Virus record (IMG/VR): IMGVR_UViG_3300017719_000004
Coordinates: 1-64,000 of that record
Length of the DNA: 64,000 nucleotides
Reading direction: 5' to 3' (one strand)
Origin: a virus
Taxonomy: Duplodnaviria; Caudoviricetes
Shown here piece by piece: positions 1-9,602 of this stretch. Within the stretch, counting starts at the first letter, position 1, and each line of letters opens with the position of its first letter. The notes beneath the pieces are model-generated. The model was given only the letters and a program-made list of their open reading frames with translations, searched no databases and was not told the DNA's origin. The translations under genes and the position numbers were made by a program.

Positions 1-298
1 AATGAGATTCTTGAAATTGAGATTGCTCATAGGCGTTCATCCAAATCTCATCAATATATGGACGATCAAATAGTCCAAATTCATCTCTCCATTCTCTTAG
101 AACATCATCATAACGCTTCTTAATCTCTTGAGGGAAAGCTCCTTGAAATTCTGTTCTAACATCACAACTCCATCCTTCGGGAGTTCCATTCATTGAATGA
201 TCTTTCCAAGATGCATACCTATCCAGCATACTTTGTCTTAGATCAGGTGCCTGTAAATTGTATTTGTATAATCGAGTTGGAAATAAATCAGTGTACAT
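1..298 (-). CDS. Putative 2OG-Fe(II) oxygenase-like protein (TIGR02466-like), 3' truncated by the window edge
   Basis: Manual translation from ATG at 298: MYTDLFPTRLYKYNL...IDEIWMNAYEQSQFQESH. The 'LFPT' start and W-x-N-x-Y...Q-x-x-H motif are typical of this cyanophage family. Not in the ORF track. Confidence 0.65.
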   Translation of the reverse strand, partial: MYTDLFPTRLYKYNLQAPDLRQSMLDRYASWKDHSMNGTPEGWSCDVRTEFQGAFPQEIKKRYDDVLREWRDEFGLFDRPYIDEIWMNAYEQSQFQESH

Positions 299-1633
299 TT
301 AACCAAAAATAATGTTTCGTGCGTTTCCAAAATCACCTTTAAGTAATGATTTAAACTGGGGGGAAAGAAATGCTTGGAACTGAGGTTGAGATTTAAAGTC
401 ACCCTTATATCTTAACTCAAGTTCTAAGAGATCTAGTGTACCTGCTCTAACTTTGAAAAATAACTTAGCCGCATTTGATGACTCTGTTTTTGCAGTATCT
501 ATATCAATGGTCTTAGGTTGTCTTTTAAGATAAGCAAGAGCAAGTGCAACGCTATCAATACCAATACAATTACCACTACCTTCCTGAATATTCATGCCGG
601 TAGACTTAGATATTGTAACCTGTCCTACCCCAGTGGTCAAGATAAATTCAAAGTTATTTCTAGTATACTCACTCATCTCATCCATTAATTGTTTCTTAAG
701 GATAAGATTGATTAAGGTATCAGCAAACAATTGCTGATTCGTTTTGATGATAGATAGAAACTGTTTATATAAAGTATTGGGTTGGTTGCCGACTTTACCA
801 AGCCTCATGTTTACATAATCACGCATCGCATTAGTTGTTTTGCGATCAACCTCTTTAGTATTTAAAAGAGCTGGATCACCAATAGCAGATACATCTTTTA
901 GATTAATTAAAGGAACTGTTTGAATCTTACCATTTTTATAGATGCCAATCCTAGTGCTCCAAAGTTTTTCCGGTGGAGCATTTCTAGGATTAGATCCATC
1001 AGGAAGTTGAGCAAGTCCAACTAAAGGACCACTAGTTAATGCGTCCCTAATTACTCCAGCAAAAAAATTCTGTCTAGCTTGCTGCAACTGTGCTTTTATG
1101 GGAGCAAATTGAGGTCCATTCAATACAGTATCAAATGCTTTATTGATTAGAGTCGGGTCCGGTGCAGTTCCTTTTGGTTTTTTCTTTAAAGATACCCCAA
1201 CATAATTAGATCCATACTGAAGAATCAAATCAGAAGAGTTAAAGTCTGCCATACCAAAAGCAGCAAACTTAAATTGCTGAACTTCTTTAGGCCATTGTGT
1301 ACCTGTTAAGTATACCGCATTAGGAGTTGCATTCCCAGATATACCCTTCATTGCAGAATTTGTAGCAAGAAAAGATCTGACTGCTTTTACTGCAGAGATA
1401 CCTACAACAAGATCAGAATAAAACTTATCTTTTTTTGTTGATGGAGTTAAGGTTACTGCTTTCTCAAAATCTTTTTTTACACTACCAGCACCAATAACAG
1501 AGGGACCCGTATACCTCTGATACATGGTGTTGTAAAAGTTTTGAAGGCTTGTCTCATCTTTGACAGCAGCATCCATTTCTAGATTGCTGCATAATGCACA
1601 ACCAGCAAAAAATCCTTCAGACGGTTCGGCCAT
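299..1633 (-). CDS. Hypothetical 444-aa protein with a possible PD-(D/E)XK nuclease-like motif
   Basis: Long ORF containing SSDLILQYGSNYVGVSLKKK (D...SLK pattern), preceded by late promoter CTAAATA. Confidence 0.6.
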   Translation of the reverse strand: MAEPSEGFFAGCALCSNLEMDAAVKDETSLQNFYNTMYQRYTGPSVIGAGSVKKDFEKAVTLTPSTKKDKFYSDLVVGISAVKAVRSFLATNSAMKGISGNATPNAVYLTGTQWPKEVQQFKFAAFGMADFNSSDLILQYGSNYVGVSLKKKPKGTAPDPTLINKAFDTVLNGPQFAPIKAQLQQARQNFFAGVIRDALTSGPLVGLAQLPDGSNPRNAPPEKLWSTRIGIYKNGKIQTVPLINLKDVSAIGDPALLNTKEVDRKTTNAMRDYVNMRLGKVGNQPNTLYKQFLSIIKTNQQLFADTLINLILKKQLMDEMSEYTRNNFEFILTTGVGQVTISKSTGMNIQEGSGNCIGIDSVALALAYLKRQPKTIDIDTAKTESSNAAKLFFKVRAGTLDLLELELRYKGDFKSQPQFQAFLSPQFKSLLKGDFGNARNIIFG

Positions 1634-1634
1634 T

Positions 1635-1666
1635 AAAAAAAGGGAGTACTACTCCCTGTTATTTAG
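1635..1666 (-). promoter_or_regulatory. Late promoter (CTAAATA, 1660-1666) directly followed by a terminator-like hairpin AGGGAGT-AGT-ACTCCCT and T-tract
   Basis: 7-bp inverted repeat 1641-1647/1651-1657 plus a T run just before the ATG at 1633. Confidence 0.6.
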
Positions 1667-1843
1667 ATAGTCCTTTTCAGACTGATACGGTGTTATCTCA
1701 CCTGTCCACAGTCTATACCCTTCCTTAACTTCTGGCAAAAGCCACTGGTCCACACGAACACACTGCTCCCAGTTAACAGGGTGAGCACAACTCACCACTA
1801 CAACAGAAAAGAATGCTCGTAGGTGGATCCAGAGACTAAACAT
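1649..1843 (-). CDS. Hypothetical 64-aa protein with hydrophobic N-terminus
   Basis: ORF abuts the mazG stop (1-nt overlap) and fits the operon packing. Confidence 0.65.
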   Translation of the reverse strand: MFSLWIHLRAFFSVVVVSCAHPVNWEQCVRVDQWLLPEVKEGYRLWTGEITPYQSEKDYLNNRE

Positions 1844-2520
1844 TATCTGTCGCCAGATTTACGATTTTCTGAATAGTAAGCATCAAAGGTTCCCGTGGGA
1901 TAACGCTTTGACAATTTATCAATATTACGATCAAGAACTTCTTCAAGAGAAATATCAAGTGCCATGCATGCCTGAGCAACATACCACATAACATCGCCCA
2001 ATTCAATCTTTAGATGCTCAATGTTATCTTCTTCCCAAGGCTTTCCTTGGAAAATGATCTTCTTAACAATCTCCATGAACTCACCACCTTCAGCAGAGAT
2101 ACCTACAGCAGCAGTTAGAAGACGCTGAATCTCACAACCACCTGCTTGAAGAGCAGCAATTCTAGCAATAAATTGTGAGGGATCTTTAGAGGGAGCACTG
2201 GTTACTTGATCGACAAACTCAAGGTAACCATCCTTGGGAGGGGTTTGAGAAGAAGTCAAGACTACCGGAATGGTAGGTTCAGGGGAAGCTTCAGGGGGAG
2301 CAGGAGGAGTAGGAGGAACAGGAGTGGGTGGATTTTCAATAGCTGGGTTACCAAGTTGAGCACCCTTAGGATCTTCTGGATTATCAGACCAACCCTCAGT
2401 ACCAGGATCACCAGGTTCTACCTCCCAAAACTCCTTGGCACGAGGACGGCGAGGAGGAGTAGCAGTAGGACGCTGTGGATCGGGTGTCCCATCAGCGATT
2501 GCATTAGAATAAGTAGGCAT
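1843..2520 (-). CDS. mazG: MazG-like nucleotide pyrophosphohydrolase with a Pro-rich N-terminal extension
   Basis: RLLTAAVGISAEGGEFMEIVKKIIFQGKPW...ELGDVMWYVAQAC...NIDKLSKRYP is the cyanophage MazG signature. Confidence 0.92.
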   Translation of the reverse strand: MPTYSNAIADGTPDPQRPTATPPRRPRAKEFWEVEPGDPGTEGWSDNPEDPKGAQLGNPAIENPPTPVPPTPPAPPEASPEPTIPVVLTSSQTPPKDGYLEFVDQVTSAPSKDPSQFIARIAALQAGGCEIQRLLTAAVGISAEGGEFMEIVKKIIFQGKPWEEDNIEHLKIELGDVMWYVAQACMALDISLEEVLDRNIDKLSKRYPTGTFDAYYSENRKSGDR

Positions 2521-2522
2521 AA

Positions 2523-3398
2523 TTATGATTGTGGAGAAGTGAATTGTGGGTGATAATTGAATAATGTATCTAGTCGGAAATGCTCCCAGGTATAAGAAAC
2601 AATATCAGCATTTTTTTCTTCAAAGTCTAAATTTTCTGGTTGAATAGAATAAAAAGCAGATAATACTATTCTTTCCTTATCAGAAAACCAGTTAGGTTTG
2701 ATGTAAGGATTATGAATACACCCTGTGGGATAGACCACAAGGCTATTATACATCATAGTAGCAGAACTTTCAAATTTAAAATCCTCATAGTCATGAACTT
2801 GAAACCATTTATCTATTGACTGTTCCTCATGACGATCATAGAAGTTGATTAAGGTATTTTTATCCTCCCTATTAAAGTCTAAGACATTGTTCTTACCCCT
2901 CCAAGACCAAAATCCAGTAGTTACAGGGTCAGAACTTTTTGAGAGATTGATGTTTGCAACAATGCATGGTCTCTCACTCTCAATACTATCAAATGGATCT
3001 GAATCCATATGAGGATAACAACAAAGTCCCCCAGTAACATCTAATCCCATTGTACCGCTCGTAGCTTGAGTGTACATATCAATTATTGACATGTCATTAA
3101 CACCAAAAATTTTCTTAAATTTTTGAGTAAGTTGATGTCCAAGCATAGAGAAAAGATTTGGAGTGAATTGGTGTGTCATTCCAGGACGAACAATATCACT
3201 ATCATCAAAGTCTTTAGTCTCCCAGTAGTCAAGACTTTCTAAAAACTCTTGAACTTTGTCTGGATAAAGAAAAACATTATTTGCAATAAGGATTGGAACA
3301 TTACCAGGCAGTAAATGATATTCAAACTCAAGGTTATTTACCTCTGAGATTTCTTTCCAAATTTTTGTTGATGAGTTAATCAAATTTAAATCCCTCAA
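2523..3398 (-). CDS. DUF6445-like / 2OG-Fe(II) oxygenase-fold protein
   Basis: YPHMD (HxD), TGFW, YNSLVVYP..CIH (distal His) and ERIV (Arg) pattern. Confidence 0.65.
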   Translation of the reverse strand: MRDLNLINSSTKIWKEISEVNNLEFEYHLLPGNVPILIANNVFLYPDKVQEFLESLDYWETKDFDDSDIVRPGMTHQFTPNLFSMLGHQLTQKFKKIFGVNDMSIIDMYTQATSGTMGLDVTGGLCCYPHMDSDPFDSIESERPCIVANINLSKSSDPVTTGFWSWRGKNNVLDFNREDKNTLINFYDRHEEQSIDKWFQVHDYEDFKFESSATMMYNSLVVYPTGCIHNPYIKPNWFSDKERIVLSAFYSIQPENLDFEEKNADIVSYTWEHFRLDTLFNYHPQFTSPQS

Positions 3399-4758
3399 AC
3401 TTATTCTCTTTTGTAAAAGAATCAGCTACATTGTTTTCATCTCCAGAACCAAGTAGAGATCCACCATCCGATTGTTCACAATCGTATAACCTCATCTTAG
3501 CGCGATCTATTCCTACCACAAACCTCTTATTCATTGTTGGATCACCGTATCTATTCTTCAATTGCTTCACCATGATCTGCCCGAGTCCTTCAAGATCTTC
3601 AGATGAAATAAGGGCAAACATAAGATCAGCAGTAGCAGGGAGACCAAAGGACTCACTAGTGTCAGTAATGTCAACATCACTGCTACTATAACCAGAACGA
3701 GTGGTCTGGGTGGCAGAAACGATAGGGACCTGGGCTTCGACAGCCAATCCTCTAAGTTCTTCAGCAATAGCCTTGATATAGCTATAAGAATTGACACCGA
3801 CTGCTCCGCGATACCTAGCGGAAGCACAAATATTAAGGTAGTCAATGAAAATAATATCAGGGCGAAAAGATTTCTTAAGTGCCAGATCGTTGAGAAGAGA
3901 TTTAAAATGGCCACTATGGGCACTTGCTGTTGGATATTCTTTAATTATAAGAGTTCCCTGAGTTTTTGCAGCAACCTTAGATACTTTTGTCTCGAAAAGA
4001 TGACGAGGCAACTCACTCAAATCTCTAATGTTAACATCAAGAAGATTGGCGTCGATTCTCTCAGCAATCTTTTCCTCGGACATCTCCATAGTTATGTAAA
4101 GGACATTCTTTCCCTGAAGAAGTACAGAACTTGCAACATGACACATAAAGAGAGACTTACCAACACCAGTACCAGCTAAACCAATAGTAAGTGTTTTATT
4201 AGGTAGACCACCTTTTGTGATTTTATTAAAGTATTCGAGATCAAATGGAATCTTATTTTCTTTACGATGGTATGATTCGTAGCGTTCCTCATAGTCCGCA
4301 AGATAATCATGTCCGATATGATTATCAAAAGAGACTGCAAGAGCATCCGACAAGATACTGGGAATAGCATCTCTAGTCTTTTTAGAATCTTGCCCGTCAG
4401 CAATTTGAATGGACTCCATCAGAGCCAAATAGATTGCACGGTCGCGACACCACTTCTCAGTAGCATCAAGTAACCACTGAGTATGAGTATCGCTTTGAGT
4501 TAGAACCTCAACCAAATTTAAGGTATCTCTGCATTCCTGTTCAGAAAGATCATCACGATTCTGAACCTCAATACTAAGAATCTCTGGAGTGAGAATCTTA
4601 TCATACTCATTTACAAAAGAACTTATCTCCTCAAAAATAATTTTTTCAGCACGATCATCATAATAATCAGGTTCTATAAAAGGAAGAACCTTTCTGAGAA
4701 ACTCTTCATCATGGATGAGGTTCCTCAGAATAGTCAATTCAATGCGGTCACTCATCAT
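3376..4758 (-). CDS. 41: Replicative DNA helicase (T4 gp41)
   Basis: Walker A LAGTGVGKS, IFIDYLNI, SATQTTRSG, SESFGLPATAD, QLKNRY. Confidence 0.97.
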   Translation of the reverse strand: MMSDRIELTILRNLIHDEEFLRKVLPFIEPDYYDDRAEKIIFEEISSFVNEYDKILTPEILSIEVQNRDDLSEQECRDTLNLVEVLTQSDTHTQWLLDATEKWCRDRAIYLALMESIQIADGQDSKKTRDAIPSILSDALAVSFDNHIGHDYLADYEERYESYHRKENKIPFDLEYFNKITKGGLPNKTLTIGLAGTGVGKSLFMCHVASSVLLQGKNVLYITMEMSEEKIAERIDANLLDVNIRDLSELPRHLFETKVSKVAAKTQGTLIIKEYPTASAHSGHFKSLLNDLALKKSFRPDIIFIDYLNICASARYRGAVGVNSYSYIKAIAEELRGLAVEAQVPIVSATQTTRSGYSSSDVDITDTSESFGLPATADLMFALISSEDLEGLGQIMVKQLKNRYGDPTMNKRFVVGIDRAKMRLYDCEQSDGGSLLGSGDENNVADSFTKENKFEGFKFD

Positions 4759-5759
4759 TCGCCATAGCTAAATTCTTTGCGAGCAATCTCGTCAAGTTGT
4801 TGCATTACTTCTTCAGTAAAATACTTTTCAGGTTCCTTGTAGACTTGCTTGGCATAGACTTTCTTACCATCAATCTCATAACGACCCGCAACATTCTTCC
4901 AGAGACCCCCAAGTTCTCCTAATTCAAGCAATCCATAATGACGATCAAGTCCACGCTCATCATAGTATAAACGAATAGTGACATCCTTGTTCTCCTTACT
5001 CAGACGAGACTTAGCAGTCTTTGCCTTGATAAGGTTTCCAACGACATCGGTGCCATCTTTTTCTTTTTTCTTGGACAAATAAATGATGGTGGATGCAGCG
5101 TACTTGAGCCCACTACCTCCTCCCATTTCTTTTGTAGGTACATATGCGCCGATGACATCGTAAGTGTGATTGGTAACGATCATAGGTATTTTAGCCTGTC
5201 CCAACTTCAATGTCAACATCCTGAAGGCACCTTTGACCAGTTGTGATTTTGTCATATCACGAACCTGCTTCTCGTCAAGAGCATCACGGATCTCTTTCTC
5301 AGTTGAGAGCATGCCAAGAGAATCTAATACAAACATACATGGTTTGCGCTCTCCTTCGGGTTTCTTTAGATACAAATCAACTGCTTTCAATGCTTTACTA
5401 CGAAACTCTTCGATAGTTACAACATTGACAACTACCAAGCGATCAAGAGGTAGTCCACGGCTCTCCAGAAGAGACTTATTAATTGCTGCCTCAGTGTCAA
5501 AGTAGAGACAATAACCGTCAGGATTAGCGTTAAGGAAATTTTGAACGACGGCGAGGCTAAAGAAAGTTTTGCCAGTGCTAGACTCCCCAGCAATGGCAGT
5601 AATCTTATTCCCAGAACAACCACCAAATATACTACCTGAAACGAGTCCGTTAAAAATGTACGAACCTGTGTCCACATAAGTTTCAGTGTCGTCAATATCT
5701 TTTGCCAGTTGAGTATAGTCATCTCCAATCTCTTTTACAATCTCTTTAAGAAAATCCAT
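4755..5759 (-). CDS. uvsX: RecA-like recombinase UvsX
   Basis: AGESSTGKT, FDTE, LDSLG, MGGGSGLKYAAS. Confidence 0.96.
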   Translation of the reverse strand: MDFLKEIVKEIGDDYTQLAKDIDDTETYVDTGSYIFNGLVSGSIFGGCSGNKITAIAGESSTGKTFFSLAVVQNFLNANPDGYCLYFDTEAAINKSLLESRGLPLDRLVVVNVVTIEEFRSKALKAVDLYLKKPEGERKPCMFVLDSLGMLSTEKEIRDALDEKQVRDMTKSQLVKGAFRMLTLKLGQAKIPMIVTNHTYDVIGAYVPTKEMGGGSGLKYAASTIIYLSKKKEKDGTDVVGNLIKAKTAKSRLSKENKDVTIRLYYDERGLDRHYGLLELGELGGLWKNVAGRYEIDGKKVYAKQVYKEPEKYFTEEVMQQLDEIARKEFSYGE

Positions 5760-5927
5760 TCAACTCCATCTCAATGTTTTCAAGTATTCTAGCACATTTT
5801 CACGCACTGACAGCAATTCATTAAAGCATTTTTGGTTATGAGCACAGGATCTAAGTTCTTGATCTGGCTTATGAACGGACTCAATAAAAAGATCAAGTCC
5901 TCTATTCCACTTTTCTTGATCGTTCAT
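5760..5927 (-). CDS. Small hypothetical cyanophage protein (55 aa, MNDQEKWNRGLDLFIESV...)
   Basis: ATG at 5927 overlaps the gp43 stop (ATGA coupling), so it is preferred over the 5969 start in the track. Confidence 0.7.
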   Translation of the reverse strand: MNDQEKWNRGLDLFIESVHKPDQELRSCAHNQKCFNELLSVRENVLEYLKTLRWS

Positions 5928-8419
5928 GAGAAGAAGTCCTCTAAAGTTGCAGTTTTTTCTACAGACCACCCAATAGCATCTAGAATTGTCCTCAAAGGTT
6001 CTAAGAATGCCTTGCTAAATTGAAGATCGTAGTCAACATATCTAGTAATATTTAATTCCTTGGGAAAATCTTGAATGAATGAAATAACATTCTCATGAAT
6101 GATATTCGGTTTCTTCAAATAGCAGAATTTAATCTTTTCACCATTTTGAATGAGCGAATACTTGTTAGTGAGATTCGCTTTCTTAATATAATGATTGTAT
6201 AGAAGAGCTCCACGACAGTGGATTGGTGTTCCCTTAGAATAAATGTCCGAAGAGGATTTATATTTTGCAACATCACTGACAGATCTTGGAAAAGAAATGT
6301 CCTCTGGAGTTAGTTGCTTGAATTTCTTACGGCAGTCATCTATGTAGTCTATCATATTATCTTCTGATCCTGACATCATAATCTTAAAAGAATCTTTAAG
6401 CATTTGACGGCAGGGTGCAGGTGTCGATGACTTGACAGCCTCGATACCCATCACTTTTAATTTTGGTTCAGAGTACTGAACGCCCTCACTGTTCCATACA
6501 TTTAGAATATATCTCTTCTTAGCAGTCCAGATACCGCGATCAGCGATATTCTCCCGCTTCATTTGCATTTTTTGTTCGTATGCTGAGACATAATTCGCCA
6601 GATTTTCATACGACTTATCGATGTATGGCTCCAGCTTGTCTTGACAGATCTTGTCAAGTAACGCCACAACTGCTGCTTTATCGCCAGACTTATTACCAAG
6701 AAATTTAGTAACAAGAGGTCCGAGATTAAGATAAATTGAGTCGGTGTCAGATGCGATAACATAGTCTTCACCATCTGTAGACAAAAGTTTATTTAGATAC
6801 TGATTCATCTTGGTCTCAATCCAGCGAATAGAGACCTGACCAGACAGAGTAATAGCTTCTGCGTTCGCTAATTTGAAGTACCTGAAATATTGATTACCAA
6901 TAGCACCATAAGCAGAGTTAAGAGAAATCTTCTTCGCCATTTGAATGTTGTTACATCTAGCGATTTCCTTTTTAAGTGCTTCAGTAGGCGTCTTCTCATA
7001 CTCCTGCTTGGCTTTGAGCATACGCTTTTTAAAGATGACCCGCTCACCATACATCTTCTCCATCAACTCTGGCAAAAATCCCTTCTTATTTTTACGGAAC
7101 ATAGCACCGTTTGCACAGACGGCATTGTCCTTATACAACTCAAAGTTTATTTCCTCATTAAGAATTTTATCAACAGTTGCTGTTGGATGTTTCTCGTCGA
7201 GGAGGGTCTCTGGAGAGATGTTGTACTGCATAATAAGGTGAGGGTAAAGAGAGTTAAGGTCAAAAGACACAACCCAATCATAAACTCCCGGAATCGGTTC
7301 CTTAACATATGCACCTGCATACTTTTCATCCTTATCAGTTTTTTCTTTGGGAGGAATAACAATACCTTTTTTCTTCAGGTAGTTGTAGATTATAGTATCC
7401 CACATCCTTACCTGATAGAAGACATCATTATAATTTACCTTGGCATCATATGCCATAGTTAATGCTAGCTCGATCAACTTCATCTTGTCCTCAAGACGGT
7501 CTACGAGCTCGACATCGATAATGTTGTATTCTACAAATTTCTGCCAACCATGTGTATAGAAATCTTTAAAGGTATCATACTCAGAGTGGTCAAGTTTTTT
7601 CTGACCGAGTTCTACATTAGCAATATGATCAAGACGATATGATTCCTGATTAGTATAAGTAAATTTCTTATACAGATCAAGATAATCTAACTGAGTAATA
7701 CCACCAATATCATAGAAGACTTGTCTACGACCCTTAATATAAACTTCTTTTTGCGATACTAATCCCCAAGGAGATAACCTTTTAGCAATCTTCTCTCCAA
7801 GAACACGATCAATACGCTTTGCAATAAATGGAATATCGAAAAGCTGAATATTCCAACCGGTAACAACATCAGGTGTATTTTCCATCCACCAGTTGATGAA
7901 AGAACTTAGAAGATCTCGCTCGTTATTGAATTGAATATAGCGAACATTATCTTGCTTGATCTTAAATGGACCTTGCCCCCAAGTTGTGATCTCCTTTGTA
8001 TTATAATCCTGGATTGTAATCAGCAGAATCTCTTGGTCTGCTGCTTCAACATCAGGAAATCCATTTTCAGCACGAGTTTCAATGTCAACAGTAATAAGAC
8101 GAATCTTACTAGCGTCAAATTTAATTTCATCTTGAGGATACTTATCAGAAATATACTGATAGATATACCTTTCATTACCATAGACCTTAAAGTTGTCTAT
8201 CTCACCATAGCTTTTTAAAAACTCCCTACAGTCAGAGACGAAACCAGGTTTAATTGGTTCGACATAATCACCATCGAGAGTTTTATGGTATGTTTTCTTT
8301 TTGGCAGGAACAAATAATGTGGGTTTGTATTTTTCACGAAACTGAATGTACTCACCATTATCATAAGCACGAACGAGGAACTGGTCCCCGATCATTTGTA
8401 CATTAGTGTAAAATTTCAT
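5924..8419 (-). CDS. 43: Family B DNA polymerase (T4 gp43)
   Basis: Exonuclease DIET, SFDLNSLYP, KISLNSAYG, ASDTDS, KKRY motifs; uninterrupted. Confidence 0.98.
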   Translation of the reverse strand: MKFYTNVQMIGDQFLVRAYDNGEYIQFREKYKPTLFVPAKKKTYHKTLDGDYVEPIKPGFVSDCREFLKSYGEIDNFKVYGNERYIYQYISDKYPQDEIKFDASKIRLITVDIETRAENGFPDVEAADQEILLITIQDYNTKEITTWGQGPFKIKQDNVRYIQFNNERDLLSSFINWWMENTPDVVTGWNIQLFDIPFIAKRIDRVLGEKIAKRLSPWGLVSQKEVYIKGRRQVFYDIGGITQLDYLDLYKKFTYTNQESYRLDHIANVELGQKKLDHSEYDTFKDFYTHGWQKFVEYNIIDVELVDRLEDKMKLIELALTMAYDAKVNYNDVFYQVRMWDTIIYNYLKKKGIVIPPKEKTDKDEKYAGAYVKEPIPGVYDWVVSFDLNSLYPHLIMQYNISPETLLDEKHPTATVDKILNEEINFELYKDNAVCANGAMFRKNKKGFLPELMEKMYGERVIFKKRMLKAKQEYEKTPTEALKKEIARCNNIQMAKKISLNSAYGAIGNQYFRYFKLANAEAITLSGQVSIRWIETKMNQYLNKLLSTDGEDYVIASDTDSIYLNLGPLVTKFLGNKSGDKAAVVALLDKICQDKLEPYIDKSYENLANYVSAYEQKMQMKRENIADRGIWTAKKRYILNVWNSEGVQYSEPKLKVMGIEAVKSSTPAPCRQMLKDSFKIMMSGSEDNMIDYIDDCRKKFKQLTPEDISFPRSVSDVAKYKSSSDIYSKGTPIHCRGALLYNHYIKKANLTNKYSLIQNGEKIKFCYLKKPNIIHENVISFIQDFPKELNITRYVDYDLQFSKAFLEPLRTILDAIGWSVEKTATLEDFFS

Positions 8420-8706
8420 TCACTGGTAAGTTCGGTGTATGCTTCGAGAATAAATGTCTCTGGGTTAACTAGAGTTAGAATAGTATCGCTTTGAATTCTA
8501 CACTTCTTATCGGAGGAAATATTCAGCACTTTCCAAGGTGTCAAACGATCCTTGTAGTCTCCATCAAAATCGTCATCTTGAATTACAAACTCATAAGGGT
8601 TTTCTAATTCACAGTCAGGCTCACCAATGTCAGCACCAACTTCCTCAATTCCAGCGATAATACACTTGTAGTCTTCTTTAAATACAATGACTTTAATTTG
8701 TGACAT
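8416..8706 (-). CDS. Hypothetical protein (96 aa)
   Basis: ORF overlaps the gp43 start; it shares an NPY...L.PW pattern with the neighbouring ORF, so they may be paralogues. Confidence 0.75.
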   Translation of the reverse strand: MSQIKVIVFKEDYKCIIAGIEEVGADIGEPDCELENPYEFVIQDDDFDGDYKDRLTPWKVLNISSDKKCRIQSDTILTLVNPETFILEAYTELTSE

Positions 8707-9007
8707 TATCGATTAGCTCCAGGTACATTGACTTGAGATCAGCAACTGGTTCAAAGATAGTTTGAACCGAGTTTGGGTTGACAATAAAGGTTGTCTCTTG
8801 CGTGAGTGGTTGCCAAGTAGCAAGAGATACTTGGGATGTATTTTCTGCGGTCTCTCCTGCATCTTCACTCAGCAACATGGTGGGTTGCATGATAACACGA
8901 TATGGATTGTTGAACATATATTGACGAGCCTTGTCTTCAGGATCAATCAACTCTTTGATGTCAGCAATGATTTGATCATTACCGATAATGGCTACTCTAA
9001 CAGACAT
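8693..9007 (-). CDS. Hypothetical protein (104 aa, MSVRVAIIGND...)
   Basis: ATG at 9007 lies downstream of a sigma70-type promoter and GAGG. The longer track start at 9079 runs through a terminator. Confidence 0.75.
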   Translation of the reverse strand: MSVRVAIIGNDQIIADIKELIDPEDKARQYMFNNPYRVIMQPTMLLSEDAGETAENTSQVSLATWQPLTQETTFIVNPNSVQTIFEPVADLKSMYLELIDNVTN

Positions 9008-9029
9008 AGTATGCTTTTTACCTCTTGGT

Positions 9030-9066
9030 ATTATACCACAAAAATGGGGGGTGAACAACCCCCCGA
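9030..9066 (-). promoter_or_regulatory. hsp20 terminator hairpin overlapping a sigma70-like promoter (TTGTTC-N17-TATAAT, extended -10 TGn)
   Basis: GGGGGG..CCCCCC stem followed by ATTTTT; -10 at 9030-9035, -35 at 9053-9058, 17-nt spacer. Confidence 0.65.
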
Positions 9067-9069
9067 TAT

Positions 9070-9504
9070 TTAGAACCAATCCTTGCGTTGATGATGCTCT
9101 GGAACTATCCTAGCTAGACATATTGAAAGGAGTCCATCCTCAAATTCTACACTCTTCACTTCTACATCCTCAGAGAGCGTCCATACCCTCGTAAAGGACC
9201 TCTGTGCTAGTCCCTTATGCTGATAGGTAGTCTCGGTCTCCTTGTCCTCTTTCTGACCCTCTACAAAGAGTTTGCCATCCTGTGTGTAGACAAACAACTC
9301 TGCCTTTTTAAACCCTGCCAGGGCGATCTCTAGCCTGGACTCTACAGAATTTATGGATACTAGGTTGTAGGGAGGATAGTTAGTAGTGGTCTCATGTAGT
9401 GAGTATAAACGATCAAAGTATTCGTTCATACCAATGCTGTTGCGATGAACACGATCCAAAAATTGGTCAATGTTAGACGCACCATACTTAGTAAGGTCGG
9501 TCAT
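9070..9504 (-). CDS. hsp20: Small heat-shock protein Hsp20
   Basis: YPPYNL, LEIALAGF, HKGLAQRSFTR.W.LSEDVEV..V.FEDGLL (alpha-crystallin domain). Confidence 0.96.
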   Translation of the reverse strand: MTDLTKYGASNIDQFLDRVHRNSIGMNEYFDRLYSLHETTTNYPPYNLVSINSVESRLEIALAGFKKAELFVYTQDGKLFVEGQKEDKETETTYQHKGLAQRSFTRVWTLSEDVEVKSVEFEDGLLSICLARIVPEHHQRKDWF

Positions 9505-9567
9505 TTTTAGCTCCTTTAAAAGCGAGTTTATGTTGTGTGGACCCCGAAGGCATCCATCAATATTTAT
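9505..9567 (-). promoter_or_regulatory. hsp20 late promoter (ATAAATA) and 5' leader with CUUCGG hairpin and AAGGAG Shine-Dalgarno
   Basis: Minus strand reads ATAAATA TTGA TGGATGCCTTCGGGGTCCA ... AAAGGAGCTAAAAATG. Confidence 0.7.
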
Positions 9568-9578
9568 TAGACGACATT

Positions 9579-9602
9579 AAAAAACGGGGTAGCGAACCCC
9601 GT
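9579..9602 (-). terminator. Rho-independent terminator after the ParB-like gene
   Basis: ACGGGGT-TCGCT-ACCCCGT followed by a T run. Confidence 0.8.

Noticed and set aside
3376-8419. Introns, inteins or homing endonucleases in gp41, uvsX and gp43 (also checked gp17, uvsW, gp46)
   Set aside because: The ORFs are continuous and of normal length, with no intein or HNH/GIY-YIG motifs seen.
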